A stretch of 64,000 bases of DNA from an uncultured Alphaproteobacteria bacterium (GTDB taxonomy: Bacteria > Electryoneota > RPQS01), in contig CAZPKG010000004.1 in NCBI GenBank assembly GCA_964587105.1, positions 153,443 to 217,442 of the forward strand. Direction: 5' to 3'. A program made the translations under genes and the position numbers. Shown here one piece after another: positions 39,759 to 49,414 of the stretch. Position 1 is the stretch's first letter. Each line of letters begins with the position of its first letter. The notes below the pieces were generated by a model. It did not search any database, was not told the DNA's origin, and saw nothing but the letters and a program-made list of their open reading frames with translations.

Positions 39759-41498
39759 TCAAAAGAGTAGCGTGGAATGAGTCATCAGGAATTGTTCAAG
39801 CACTGGCCCTAAGGCGAGCACAGGCAGAAACGTCAATGCGCCGATAATTAGCACAGTTCCGGTTAAGAGCACTGTAAACGTCACACCGGACACAGGGAAA
39901 CTGCCCGCACCTTCGGCAACGAGTCTCTTGGAAGCAAGTTGTCCCGCAATCGACATTACCGGTACGATAATCATGAAGCGGCCAACGAGCATCGCGATAC
40001 CCATAAGAGTATCGTACCACGGAAAGTTTGTTCCAAGACCGGCAAAAGCGCTGCCGTTGTTTCCTGTTGCCGATGAAAAAGCGTACAGCACTTCGCTAAG
40101 TCCGTGCGGACCGCTATTGTTGAGGGATGCTGTTCCCCAATGCGAGACAACGCCCCAAGCGGTAAACCCAAGGATTGAAATCACGGGAACAAGAATACCA
40201 ATGGCCGCAAGCTTTACTTCAGTTGCGCCAATCTTTTTACCCAAATACTCCGGTGTGCGACCGACCATCAACCCGGCAATGAAAATTGCGAGGATGACGT
40301 AAAGGAGCATACCGTACAGCCCTGCGCCGACTCCACCAAAGATGACTTCTCCAATTTGCATATTAAACAAGGGAACGAAACCGCCCATGGGTGTCATCGA
40401 ATCGTGCATCGAGTTGACCGCACCGCAAGATGCATCGGTGGTGATCGTAGAAAAGAGTGCGCTGTTAAAGATTCCGAAACGCGTTTCCTTGCCTTCCATG
40501 TTTCCATCGGCTGCGGCGACACCCAACGCCGTGAGACGCGGATTGCCCGTTGATTCTGCATTCCATGCTACTAACGTGCCGCCGACAAACATTACAGCCA
40601 TTGTGACCCAAACCGCCCAACCGTGTCCCTGTGACTTAACCATGCGGCCAAGATAATACGTCAGTCCTGCCGGGATGAGAAAGATTGAAAGCAGTTGAAA
40701 GAAGTTGGTCAACGGAGTGGGATTCTCATAGGGATGAGCCGCGTTTGCGTTCATAAACCCGCCGCCGTTTGTGCCAAGCATTTTAATTGCGACCTGTGAG
40801 GCCATCGGACCTTGCGCAATTATCTGTGTGGGCGAAAGCGTGCTATCTAACGCCGCGTCTTGCATGATGTTGACTATCTCATAGGATTTGAAATTCTGGA
40901 TCATACCCTGACTGACAAGGAATAGCGCAAATACTAAGCTGATCGGAAGCAATACATATAAGGTGACCCGTGTAAGATCGACCCAAAAGTTACCAATCGT
41001 CTTGGCCGATGCGCGTGCGATTCCTCGCACCAGCGCAGCGGCGATCGCGATTCCGACCGCAGCGGAAGTGAAATTATGAAAAGTCAAGCCGACCATTTGC
41101 GAGAAATACGACATTGTCCCCTCCCCACCATAACTTTGCCAGTTCGTGTTCGTCGTAAAACTCGCCGCCGTATTAAACGTCAAGTGGCTCGACAATGGTC
41201 CAAAGTGTTGTGGATTTAGCGGTAATATATGCTGCATACGGAGAATCGTATATGTGAGCAGCATCCCAAAGAAACTGAACGTCAGAATCGAGAATGTATA
41301 TGACTTCCAGTCTTGCTCCACCGTCGGATCTACTCGCAGCAACTTGTATGTCAGTCGCTCTATTCCTCCGAACACAGGTTCAATCCCCACGCGTGCTTCA
41401 AAGTTAAGCACACGATAGAGATAGACCCCCATCGGCTTAGTTAGCAGCGCTAATATTCCCAGGTATAGGGAAAGTTGAATCCAACCTCCAATGCCCAT
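39759..41498 (-). CDS. kdpA: K+-transporting ATPase subunit A
   Basis: SFTTNTNWQSYGGE, LGTNGGGF, ASCGAVNSMHDS, GGVGAG, NNGSAFAG. Confidence 0.97.
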   Translation of the reverse strand: MGIGGWIQLSLYLGILALLTKPMGVYLYRVLNFEARVGIEPVFGGIERLTYKLLRVDPTVEQDWKSYTFSILTFSFFGMLLTYTILRMQHILPLNPQHFGPLSSHLTFNTAASFTTNTNWQSYGGEGTMSYFSQMVGLTFHNFTSAAVGIAIAAALVRGIARASAKTIGNFWVDLTRVTLYVLLPISLVFALFLVSQGMIQNFKSYEIVNIMQDAALDSTLSPTQIIAQGPMASQVAIKMLGTNGGGFMNANAAHPYENPTPLTNFFQLLSIFLIPAGLTYYLGRMVKSQGHGWAVWVTMAVMFVGGTLVAWNAESTGNPRLTALGVAAADGNMEGKETRFGIFNSALFSTITTDASCGAVNSMHDSMTPMGGFVPLFNMQIGEVIFGGVGAGLYGMLLYVILAIFIAGLMVGRTPEYLGKKIGATEVKLAAIGILVPVISILGFTAWGVVSHWGTASLNNSGPHGLSEVLYAFSSATGNNGSAFAGLGTNFPWYDTLMGIAMLVGRFMIIVPVMSIAGQLASKRLVAEGAGSFPVSGVTFTVLLTGTVLIIGALTFLPVLALGPVLEQFLMTHSTLLF

Positions 41499-41505
41499 TG
41501 TTGCC

Positions 41506-41589
41506 TCAGAATTTCTCTGGTCGAATCATTGCGACGAGCAGATAGATCATCAAGCCAATCGCGAGAGCACCAAGTACGATGTCGGCCAT
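41506..41589 (-). CDS. kdpF: KdpF small membrane subunit (27 aa; not in the ORF track)
   Basis: Manual translation MADIVLGALAIGLMIYLLVAMIRPEKF; ends 7 bp before the kdpA start. Confidence 0.9.
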   Translation of the reverse strand: MADIVLGALAIGLMIYLLVAMIRPEKF

Positions 41590-41591
41590 GT

Positions 41592-41675
41592 TTAGAGTCC
41601 GTCACAAAGTTGAGTGAGTTTGCCCATTAAGGCAAAGAAGGCCGCGGTACCAATCAAGTAAATGAAATCAACCAT
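41592..41675 (-). CDS. Small hydrophobic peptide (27 aa) upstream of kdpF
   Basis: Manual translation MVDFIYLIGTAAFFALMGKLTQLCDGL; single TM helix; 2-bp gap to kdpF. Confidence 0.65.
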   Translation of the reverse strand: MVDFIYLIGTAAFFALMGKLTQLCDGL

Positions 41676-41693
41676 CTCTACACTTTATCTTTC

Positions 41694-43508
41694 CTATTGA
41701 ACACACTTTTGTAAAGTAATACTGAACACTGACCCTTTGCCAAGTTCGCTCTTAACTCGTATGGATCCGCCGTGAGCTTCCACGATTTCGCGTGCGATAG
41801 CCAGTCCAAGTCCAGCGCCGTCAGTGGCTACCTTGGATTTGCCGCGATAGAAGCGATCAAAAATGTGAGGCAGTTCTTCTTTCGGTATGCCCGGCCCTTG
41901 ATCTGCAATTGATATGTCTATGGTCATTTCATTGCAGATTGCTGAAAGGGTCACCTCACCTCCCGCCTGGCTGAACCTTAAGGCATTCGACAGCAGATTA
42001 CTGAATACGTGGGAAATACGCGCTTCGTTTGCAAATACTTCAGGCAAATCCTCAGGTACATCAAGCACTAACTTAACCCCCAGATGCTGATATGCGCTTT
42101 GCGAAACTGCGACAGCACGGTCGATAAGTTTGTAAGTGGACACCGGCACAAGATCGAGCTGCGTCTTTCCTGCTTTATAGCGGGCAACGTCTAACAATTC
42201 ATTAACGATGCCAAACAAGCGCTCAGCATCATCACGAGCTGCGGTTAACAATTCAGCTTGTTTGTCATTGAGTTGACCGACTCTTTCGTCGTGCAGCATG
42301 TGCAGAGCCATTCGGACTGATGTTAAAGGAGTCTTTAACTCGTGTGAAACAGTCGACACCAGGTCATTTTCCAATTCAGACACGCGGCGCAACCGCGTGA
42401 CATCGACGTAGACTAGGATAATCCCGACCGGCAGCCCTTCTGAATCTCTTATGGGCAGTACGCGCGGTAGAAAGAACTTTTCCTTTCCTTTGACAAACGC
42501 TTGCACGACTCGTTCAGATTCTTTGTCCCCAACGAATTGGCCGGAGGTCTCTACATGCAGAGACTTGTGCCACTCGGGCGATGTGTCGTATATGCTCCCA
42601 CCTGGCCGGACCCCTACGATTCTACGTGCGGCCGCGTTGGCAAGCTCTACCGTTGCATCCGGAGCCATGACAATAACTGCATCTGGCAAGCTGTCGAGGA
42701 CCAGTTGCGCGCTTTGCTGACTTCGAGCCAGTTTTGCTTGATCTCCCTGCTTGAGCAACCTGAGTTCTGCGGCCATGTCATTGAACGCTTCCATGAGCTG
42801 ACCCACTTCATCGCGAATTCTGGGCTGGAGTACAAGGTTTAGATTGCCAGATTGAATTTCCCGTATTGATTGAGTTAGAATTTTCAGGGGTTGAAGAACT
42901 GCTCGTCCAGTAACTAAGATCAGGATCAATGCTAATAGAATTCCGGCTATTATCAGGACATAAGTGAATTGCTTTGCTTCTTGCGCACGGCGCTGCGCTT
43001 CTCCATCGACGGCAATCATGTTGGACAAGTTCATGTCCGAAATGTTCTGAATGACTAATTGAAGTCGCTCGACAGCAGGCCTAAACAGTCCATGATAACG
43101 TGCGAGAGTAGTCGAATCACCAAGTGTACCGCCGGTTAGTTGTAGCGCCTCTGCTTGGACTTTTTGCCAGAACTCAATGACAGCTTTGACTGAATCTCTT
43201 TCACCGGATAAAGTGATGTTCCCCTGTTCAAGCTTAAGCATTTGATTAAACTGTTGTGTCGCGGCTTCAATTCTCATGCTGTCAAGGCGCTGGCCGAGTA
43301 CTGTGACATCCTGCACTTCATCGTGAAAATCGCTGAGAGCCTTCTTCAACCCTTCGCAATAGACAATGCTGTCATAGTTTTCCCGTAGAATTTTGGTCAG
43401 AGCATTCCCGTAACTGTTTACAACGCTAGTACCGATTGCGGCTACGAGAACCGCGACGGCAAGAAGTGCCGAAAAACCTACAATGAGTTTTGCTTTAAGG
43501 CTGAACAT
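41694..43508 (-). CDS. Sensor histidine kinase (TM, periplasmic helical domain, TM, HAMP, PAS, HisKA, HATPase) of the kdp cluster
   Basis: Start placed at MFSLK (ATG 43508 after AAGGA); VSHELKTPLTS; NLLSNALRF; DQGPGI; GAGLGLAIA. Confidence 0.9.
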   Translation of the reverse strand: MFSLKAKLIVGFSALLAVAVLVAAIGTSVVNSYGNALTKILRENYDSIVYCEGLKKALSDFHDEVQDVTVLGQRLDSMRIEAATQQFNQMLKLEQGNITLSGERDSVKAVIEFWQKVQAEALQLTGGTLGDSTTLARYHGLFRPAVERLQLVIQNISDMNLSNMIAVDGEAQRRAQEAKQFTYVLIIAGILLALILILVTGRAVLQPLKILTQSIREIQSGNLNLVLQPRIRDEVGQLMEAFNDMAAELRLLKQGDQAKLARSQQSAQLVLDSLPDAVIVMAPDATVELANAAARRIVGVRPGGSIYDTSPEWHKSLHVETSGQFVGDKESERVVQAFVKGKEKFFLPRVLPIRDSEGLPVGIILVYVDVTRLRRVSELENDLVSTVSHELKTPLTSVRMALHMLHDERVGQLNDKQAELLTAARDDAERLFGIVNELLDVARYKAGKTQLDLVPVSTYKLIDRAVAVSQSAYQHLGVKLVLDVPEDLPEVFANEARISHVFSNLLSNALRFSQAGGEVTLSAICNEMTIDISIADQGPGIPKEELPHIFDRFYRGKSKVATDGAGLGLAIAREIVEAHGGSIRVKSELGKGSVFSITLQKCVQ

Positions 43509-43521
43509 GCTTTCCTTGTAT

Positions 43522-43537
43522 TGCGAACGAGATACCA
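43522..43537 (-). promoter_or_regulatory. Candidate sigma54 -24/-12 promoter for the HK-kdpFABC-kdpD' transcript
   Basis: Minus strand TGGTATCTCGTTCGCA (GG-N10-GC). The implied leader is only a few nt, which weakens the call. Confidence 0.4.
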
Positions 43538-43584
43538 ACTGCTTCGTCAACTCGGCCGCCTTGTAAAAGATGAAGTTAAGAACC

Positions 43585-43616
43585 AAAAACGCCTCTCCGG
43601 TAACGGAAAGGCGTTT
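43585..43616 (-). terminator. Intrinsic terminator after the sigma54-dependent regulator
   Basis: Minus strand AAACGCCTTTCCG ttac CGGAGAGGCG TTTTT. Confidence 0.75.
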
Positions 43617-43663
43617 CAAGAATCAATGACAAATCGGCAAAGCATTGAAATTTGAAATGCATA

Positions 43664-44992
43664 TCATATGTTGTATTCTTTGCGCCGCCTCCATAAGGTT
43701 GCCGAGTCTATCCCCAATATGCGCGCGGCGTCTTCCAACGATTTGGTCTTCGCCAAAACACTTCGAATGTGCGCTTCCTCCACGGCGCTAATTGGAATCA
43801 TACCCCCAATTTCTGCACCGCGTTTGCTCTCGCGCAGTTTCTCAGGGAGATGTTCGAGTAGGACAGTCGAACCATGGCAGAGAATCACCGCACGTTCAGT
43901 GATGTTCCTAAGTTCGCGCACGTTCCCCGTCCAGTCATGATTTTCTAAAGCCAACAATGCATCGTCCGCAAATCCGACGATCTTGCGGTGATTCTGCGCC
44001 GAAAAAAAGCTTAAGAAATGCTCGGCCATCTTTACGATATCATCGCGCCGCTCTCGCAACGGCGGAAGTGTGATTTCAAACACATTCATCCTATAATACA
44101 GTTCCTGGCGAAAGGTCCCGGCACTCACAGCTTCTTCCAGATCGATGCTCGTCGCCGCAATAATTCGCACATCGGCCTTGCGGGTTTCTGCTTCGCCGAT
44201 TCGCTCGTATTCATGATCTTGAAGGAAGCGCAGCAATTTCGGCTGCAAAGAGAGCGGAAGGTCGGCAATTTCATCCATAAAGAGAGTGCCACCCTCTGAT
44301 GCAGCTACACGACCCTGCGCGTCCTTTATCGCTCCTGTAAAAGACCCACGTTTGTGTCCAAAAAGCTCACTTTCCAACAGATGCGTTGGAATTGCCGGGC
44401 AAGATATTGTATTAAATGGTTTGTCTGCGCGATCGCTCCACTTTCCAATCATCCTCGCAATCAGGCTCTTACCGGTCCCGCTCTCCCCACGCAATAGCAC
44501 GGTTATATTGGAACGGGCCGCCTCACGAGCGAGATTCAATGCTTGCTGCATGCCCGCATGAGCCGTTGCGAGTTCTATTTCCGGATGAAGCTGATCTAAC
44601 GTCGATTGCAGGGCTTCCACCTTCTGTTCAAGGTTTCGCAATTCACGAACTCGATGCAGTATCACCTGAATCTGCGCAGGCGTAAACGGCTTCGGAACAT
44701 AGTCTGCTGCTCCGCGCTTCATCGCTTCAACGGCCGTCTCAATACTCGCATATGCCGTGATAATCACAATCTTCATCCAAGGTTGTGCGGCCCTCAGCTT
44801 GACGATAAGCTCCATCCCCGAATCAACGCCCAGCCGTAAGTCCACAAAAGCAAGATCAAACGACGTGCGCGACGTCTCAGCCAGAGCATCAATAACGTTG
44901 CTTACCGCGCTGACGCTATGTTCTTCTGTCTCGAGAAGAATCGTGAGGGTTTTGCGAATATTTTGTTCGTCGTCAACGATGAGAATTTGCAT
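43664..44992 (-). CDS. NtrC-family sigma54-dependent response regulator (REC-AAA+-HTH)
   Basis: VDDE receiver; GESGTGKS; ESELFGHKRGSFTGA; FRQELYYRMNV; WTGNVRELRN; ILGIDSATLWRR. Confidence 0.93.
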   Translation of the reverse strand: MQILIVDDEQNIRKTLTILLETEEHSVSAVSNVIDALAETSRTSFDLAFVDLRLGVDSGMELIVKLRAAQPWMKIVIITAYASIETAVEAMKRGAADYVPKPFTPAQIQVILHRVRELRNLEQKVEALQSTLDQLHPEIELATAHAGMQQALNLAREAARSNITVLLRGESGTGKSLIARMIGKWSDRADKPFNTISCPAIPTHLLESELFGHKRGSFTGAIKDAQGRVAASEGGTLFMDEIADLPLSLQPKLLRFLQDHEYERIGEAETRKADVRIIAATSIDLEEAVSAGTFRQELYYRMNVFEITLPPLRERRDDIVKMAEHFLSFFSAQNHRKIVGFADDALLALENHDWTGNVRELRNITERAVILCHGSTVLLEHLPEKLRESKRGAEIGGMIPISAVEEAHIRSVLAKTKSLEDAARILGIDSATLWRRRKEYNI

Positions 44993-45067
44993 GACTGTTG
45001 TCGTAGGGGTTTGTACTCCGGAATATAACGAATTTCTGCGAATACATCCTCGAAGGCTCGATCGAAC

Positions 45068-45132
45068 AACAAAACACCCTTGCTAAGTTCATGCTTAACA
45101 AGGGTGTAATAGTGGAGACGGCGGGAATCGAA
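45068..45132 (-). repeat. att copy 2: 21-bp tmRNA-like 3' fragment (45112-45132) plus terminator-like hairpin (45075-45106)
   Basis: The 65 bp match 52979-53043 with 3 mismatches. Confidence 0.85.
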
Positions 45133-45248
45133 AGAGCCGTCGCATTTCGAACATGCCTTGTAAGACAACTATAATCAACAAGTAAGCTACCTGCGTGGCT
45201 CTTCTCGATTAACTGTTAAGTCTATATTTTAGCATCGAACAGCAACCG

Positions 45249-45270
45249 AAAACAGGACAAAAACAGGACA
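45249..45270 (+). repeat. Tandem 11-bp direct repeat AAAACAGGACA x2; candidate integrase arm-type sites
   Basis: Exact repeat about 120 bp inside the att core. Confidence 0.6.
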
Positions 45271-45367
45271 GTGAAATTAGGGGTGCATGGGGACAAAGTT
45301 ACCCGGGGGGTCGCAAGGGCCGTAAGGCATAACCAGGGATATTTGTGCTGTGATTAGATCTCCAAGT

Positions 45368-46273
45368 TCACTCCTTGAGAGTTGTTGGTGCGCTCGATTT
45401 CTCAATCTGCACAGTACAATGCTCGATGCCGAATTGACATCGGAACAAACTTAACGCAGCCTCGAGAATCAAGTGCGGTTCGGTTCCTTCATCGCAAATG
45501 AGGTGCACCGTCAACACGGGTTCGCCGCTCGCAATCTGCCAGACATGGAGGTCGTGAAACCCCGTTACATTCGGTAACCGTTCAATTTCGTATCCAATCT
45601 CTTGAAGATTCCATGCCACGGGAGTTCCTTCAAGCAGAATATGGATTGACTCCCAAACGAGTTTCCACGTGCTAAACAGAATGAGGATTCCAATAAGGAT
45701 GGATACAACGGGATCAATCCAATACCCTACACCGGCGAGCACTGCTAACCCGGCAGCGATAACACTAATCGATCCAGCTCCGTCAGCTACTAAGTGCAGA
45801 AAGGCCGAGCGGACATTGAGATCGTCATGTCGGTGCTTAGACAACATCCAAGCGCTTCCGAGGTTCGCGAGTAGCCCGAGGACCGCTACGGGTAGCATCA
45901 CCTTTGCATCCACTGGCTGCGGATTTCCAATTCGTTGAAAAGCTGCATACATGATGAAACCCACAACACCCCAGAGTACAAGGCCGTTCAGCAAACCAGA
46001 CAGTACTTCTAAGCGGCCCATTCCATAAGTCTTACTCATGGTTGGAGGACGAGCGGAAATGTGTGCAACCCACAAAGCCGCACTCAGCGCGACAACATCC
46101 GAAAGCATGTGTCCGGCATCGGCCAGCAACGCCAGCGATCCGCTAATCCAACCTCCAACGAGCTCAATTAGGAGAAAGGTGCCATTGAAGATCAGCGCCC
46201 ATCGCAGCGCCCGGATCTTGTTGTAGCGATCCGGAGCGCGCGCGTGGAGTTCATTGTGGAGGATACTAACCAT
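45368..46273 (-). CDS. Cation diffusion facilitator (CzcD/ZitB-like Zn/Co/Cd transporter)
   Basis: SLALLADAGHMLSD, GRLEVL, NVRSAFLHLVAD, DPVVS, HDLHVWQI, HCTVQIE; the start overlaps the upstream RND stop. Confidence 0.9.
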   Translation of the reverse strand: MVSILHNELHARAPDRYNKIRALRWALIFNGTFLLIELVGGWISGSLALLADAGHMLSDVVALSAALWVAHISARPPTMSKTYGMGRLEVLSGLLNGLVLWGVVGFIMYAAFQRIGNPQPVDAKVMLPVAVLGLLANLGSAWMLSKHRHDDLNVRSAFLHLVADGAGSISVIAAGLAVLAGVGYWIDPVVSILIGILILFSTWKLVWESIHILLEGTPVAWNLQEIGYEIERLPNVTGFHDLHVWQIASGEPVLTVHLICDEGTEPHLILEAALSLFRCQFGIEHCTVQIEKSSAPTTLKE

Positions 46274-49200
46274 GATGCCGGTGCTCCGCTTCGACGACTT
46301 CCTCAAGAATGGACTCCTCAGCCTTTCGCTTGGCTCCGAATTTCCAATATAAGGCGGGTAGAACGACCATGTTAAGCGCTGTTGATGTCAGAAGACCGCC
46401 CAAAATGACAATTGCCATCGGCGTCTGAATCTCCTTACCTGGTTGCCCGCCACCCAATGCTAATGGAAGCAGTGCTAATCCGGCGCAAAGAGCCGTCATT
46501 AGAATGGGGTTCATTCGCTCCATACTGCCACGGATGATCGCGCTACGGGCGGACATCCCCTCCTTGTCAATCAGATCATGGAAATGGGCAATCATCAGAA
46601 TACCGTTTCTGGCTGCAATTCCGAACAATGTCACAAAGCCAACCAACGCCGCAATGGAGACAATACCGCTGGTGAACTTGATGGCGAACACCCCGCCGAT
46701 TAGCGCAAGTGGCAGGTTGACCATGACCAGAAATGCATCACGAAACGTTCCGAACTCCATGTAGAGTAGAACGAGAATTGCACCCAACGACAGGAGTGAA
46801 AGCAACAGGATGACTCGACTCGCGGCCTCCGCGCTTTCGAACTGTCCGCCGTACGAAATGAAGTATCCGTCGGGCATCTTCACATTTGCCGATACCTTCG
46901 TTCTAACCTCTTCGACCACGCTTCCAAGATCGCGTCCTGCGATATTCGACTGCACCACGATCTTTCGACTTACATTTTCTCTGCTGATCGAGTTTGGTCC
47001 GCTTGAGCGATACACTGTTGCCATCTCATTCAGCGGCACTTGCGGCCCCGCCGGTGTCGCGAAGAGACTGGTGCGAATCAGTTCGTCATCCTTCCGTGCG
47101 TCTTCAGGAAATCTAACAACAAGATCAAAGGGAAGCTGGCCTTCCAATACCTGTCCCACAACCTCGCCGTTGAATGCCGTCTCAATGTTCTCAGCGAGAT
47201 CGGCGACTTGCACACCATAGACCGCCATCGCATCGCGGTTCATCTCGACGCGAAGTTGGGGCACGTCCACCTGAGGCTCTACGGCCAAGTCCACCAGACC
47301 ATCGACAGTCTGCATTTGCGCCTTTACTTGTTGGGCAATATTCCGAAGCTCATAGAGGTTGCTTCCGAATATCTTTACGGCCAGCGCGGCCTGCGTTCCG
47401 CTCAGCATGTGATCAATCCGGTGCGAAAGCGGCTGACCGATACTGATGATAGCGCCGGGTACGTCGGTAAGCAATTCTCGCAGCTCATGGAAGACTTCTT
47501 CCTTGCGGAATCCCTCCGGACTGAGCCGGACCTCCAGTTCAGTTTGATTGCTTCCGAAGGCATGTTCATCCAACTCGCCTCGGCCCGTTCGTCTGGCCAC
47601 CGACAGCACCGCAGGATGTGTCATTAACTTTTGCTCAACCAATTCTCCAATATCTGTAGATTCCTGCAGCGACGTTCCCGGTGGTGTGATGCAGATCACT
47701 GTGGCGGATCCTTCGTTAAACTCAGGCAGGAACGATCGGCCCAACTGAGTGTACACGACAAGAGTTATCGCGATTAAGCCCGCAGAAAACGCGATGACCC
47801 AGTTGCCTCGTTTTAGAGCCCATTCCAAAGCTGGCCGGTAGCCCGTCTTAAGTTTACGTACAACCCATGTTTCGTGATGTGCTGACTTCTGCTTCAATGC
47901 GGGCAGCAGGTAGAGGCTGAGTGCCGGTACGATAGTTACTGCAACCATGAGTGAAGCGAACACCGCGATCACGAAGGCAAAACCAAGCGGCAACAGCAAT
48001 CGGCCTTCAATGCCTGACATGAAGAACAGTGGCGCAAATACGGCGATAATAATGAACGTTGCAACAACCATTGGCTGCCGTATTTCGTTGGATGCCGCGA
48101 AAATGACTATCAATGATGGCCGCTGCTTTTCCTCCGGTAATGCCTTGTTCTCTCGGAGTCTCCTAAAGACGTTTTCCACGTAGATGATGGCGTCGTCAAC
48201 CAGCACGCCAACAGCGATAGCCATTCCTCCAAGCGTCATAGTGTTCACGGTCAACCCCAACCAGTACATCGCAAGTATTGCGATAATCAACGACAAAGGA
48301 ATAGAAACCAGACTGATGAATGTCGTGCGCATGTTTGCTAGGAAGAGGAGCAGGATAATCGTAACCAATATCGCCCCGTCACGCAGTGCTTCAACGACAT
48401 TATGGATACTCACATCGATGAAGTCCGCTTGCCGGAATACATGATTGTTGAGTTCCACGTCAGCTGGTAGTATCGGTTTCATTTCCTCGATCAATGCGTC
48501 GAGTCGCTCTGTGAGTTCCAGCGTGTTGGCATTAGGTTGCTTCTGAATGGACAGGACAACCGCATCGCGGCCGCTGATCGAAGATGTTCCGAGCACGGTT
48601 CCAGAACCGACCTTGACATCAGCCACGTTCTCGACAAGTACCGGACTTCCATCCCGAACTGTCACCACAGCTCGCTTTAAGTCTTCAAGCTCTTCAATTC
48701 TCCCAAGTCCGCGTATCAGGTATTCGTTTCCACTTGCCACAAAAAAACCACCTGTCGAATTCAAATTTGCCTTGCTCACGGCTTCCTTAAGCTCTTCCAG
48801 GCTGATCTGGTAGGCGGCTAATCTCTCCGGGCTTGCAAGGACTTGATACTGCTTCCGTTCACCGCCAATTGCGATGACTTGCGAGACTCCCGATATGGCA
48901 AGCAATCGCCTTCTCAAGATATTGTCTGCGAAGGACCGCAATTCCATCGCTGGCAGCGAATCACTCGACACCCCAACGAGCATGATCTCACCCATCAGAG
49001 AGGAAACAGGAGCCATCATGGGCGGATCCATTCCCGGTGGCAACAGGCTGAGAACCGATTGCAGTTTCTCCGCCACGATTTGTCTTGCTTGGAACACATC
49101 CGTGCCCCATTCGAATTCAATCCAAATAACAGCAAGGCCGGTGGCGAGCGACGAGCGCACGCGGCGAACTCCGGACGCACCATTCATGGCCGTTTCAATT

Positions 49201-49403
49201 GGGAAGGCAACCAATGTCTCCACTTCTTCAGGCGCCATGCCGTGTGCGTCTGCAAGGATGGTCACGGTTGATGCCGTTAAGTCGGGGAAGACATCAACAG
49301 GCAATCTGAAGGTTACAAAATAACCCAAGAACAGAATCAGCACTGAAGCGAGCACAACGATGAAGCGATTCTCGAGCGAGAACCTGATTATCTTTTCAAA
49401 CAT
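46266..49403 (-). CDS. CusA/CzcA-family heavy-metal RND permease
   Basis: LPVDVFPDL, GVLVDDAIIYVEN, GFVTLFGIAARNGI, RMNPILMTAL; His-rich C-terminus. Confidence 0.93.
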   Translation of the reverse strand: MFEKIIRFSLENRFIVVLASVLILFLGYFVTFRLPVDVFPDLTASTVTILADAHGMAPEEVETLVAFPIETAMNGASGVRRVRSSLATGLAVIWIEFEWGTDVFQARQIVAEKLQSVLSLLPPGMDPPMMAPVSSLMGEIMLVGVSSDSLPAMELRSFADNILRRRLLAISGVSQVIAIGGERKQYQVLASPERLAAYQISLEELKEAVSKANLNSTGGFFVASGNEYLIRGLGRIEELEDLKRAVVTVRDGSPVLVENVADVKVGSGTVLGTSSISGRDAVVLSIQKQPNANTLELTERLDALIEEMKPILPADVELNNHVFRQADFIDVSIHNVVEALRDGAILVTIILLLFLANMRTTFISLVSIPLSLIIAILAMYWLGLTVNTMTLGGMAIAVGVLVDDAIIYVENVFRRLRENKALPEEKQRPSLIVIFAASNEIRQPMVVATFIIIAVFAPLFFMSGIEGRLLLPLGFAFVIAVFASLMVAVTIVPALSLYLLPALKQKSAHHETWVVRKLKTGYRPALEWALKRGNWVIAFSAGLIAITLVVYTQLGRSFLPEFNEGSATVICITPPGTSLQESTDIGELVEQKLMTHPAVLSVARRTGRGELDEHAFGSNQTELEVRLSPEGFRKEEVFHELRELLTDVPGAIISIGQPLSHRIDHMLSGTQAALAVKIFGSNLYELRNIAQQVKAQMQTVDGLVDLAVEPQVDVPQLRVEMNRDAMAVYGVQVADLAENIETAFNGEVVGQVLEGQLPFDLVVRFPEDARKDDELIRTSLFATPAGPQVPLNEMATVYRSSGPNSISRENVSRKIVVQSNIAGRDLGSVVEEVRTKVSANVKMPDGYFISYGGQFESAEAASRVILLLSLLSLGAILVLLYMEFGTFRDAFLVMVNLPLALIGGVFAIKFTSGIVSIAALVGFVTLFGIAARNGILMIAHFHDLIDKEGMSARSAIIRGSMERMNPILMTALCAGLALLPLALGGGQPGKEIQTPMAIVILGGLLTSTALNMVVLPALYWKFGAKRKAEESILEEVVEAEHRHHG

Positions 49404-49414
49404 TGATTTGCTCC

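Larger units (their letters stand above)
35190..45132. mobile_element. Genomic island C (about 9.9 kb, kdp cargo) between att copies 1 and 2; no integrase
   Basis: Flanked by direct repeats of the 21-bp core; its left arm is homologous to the left arm of island A. Confidence 0.65.
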
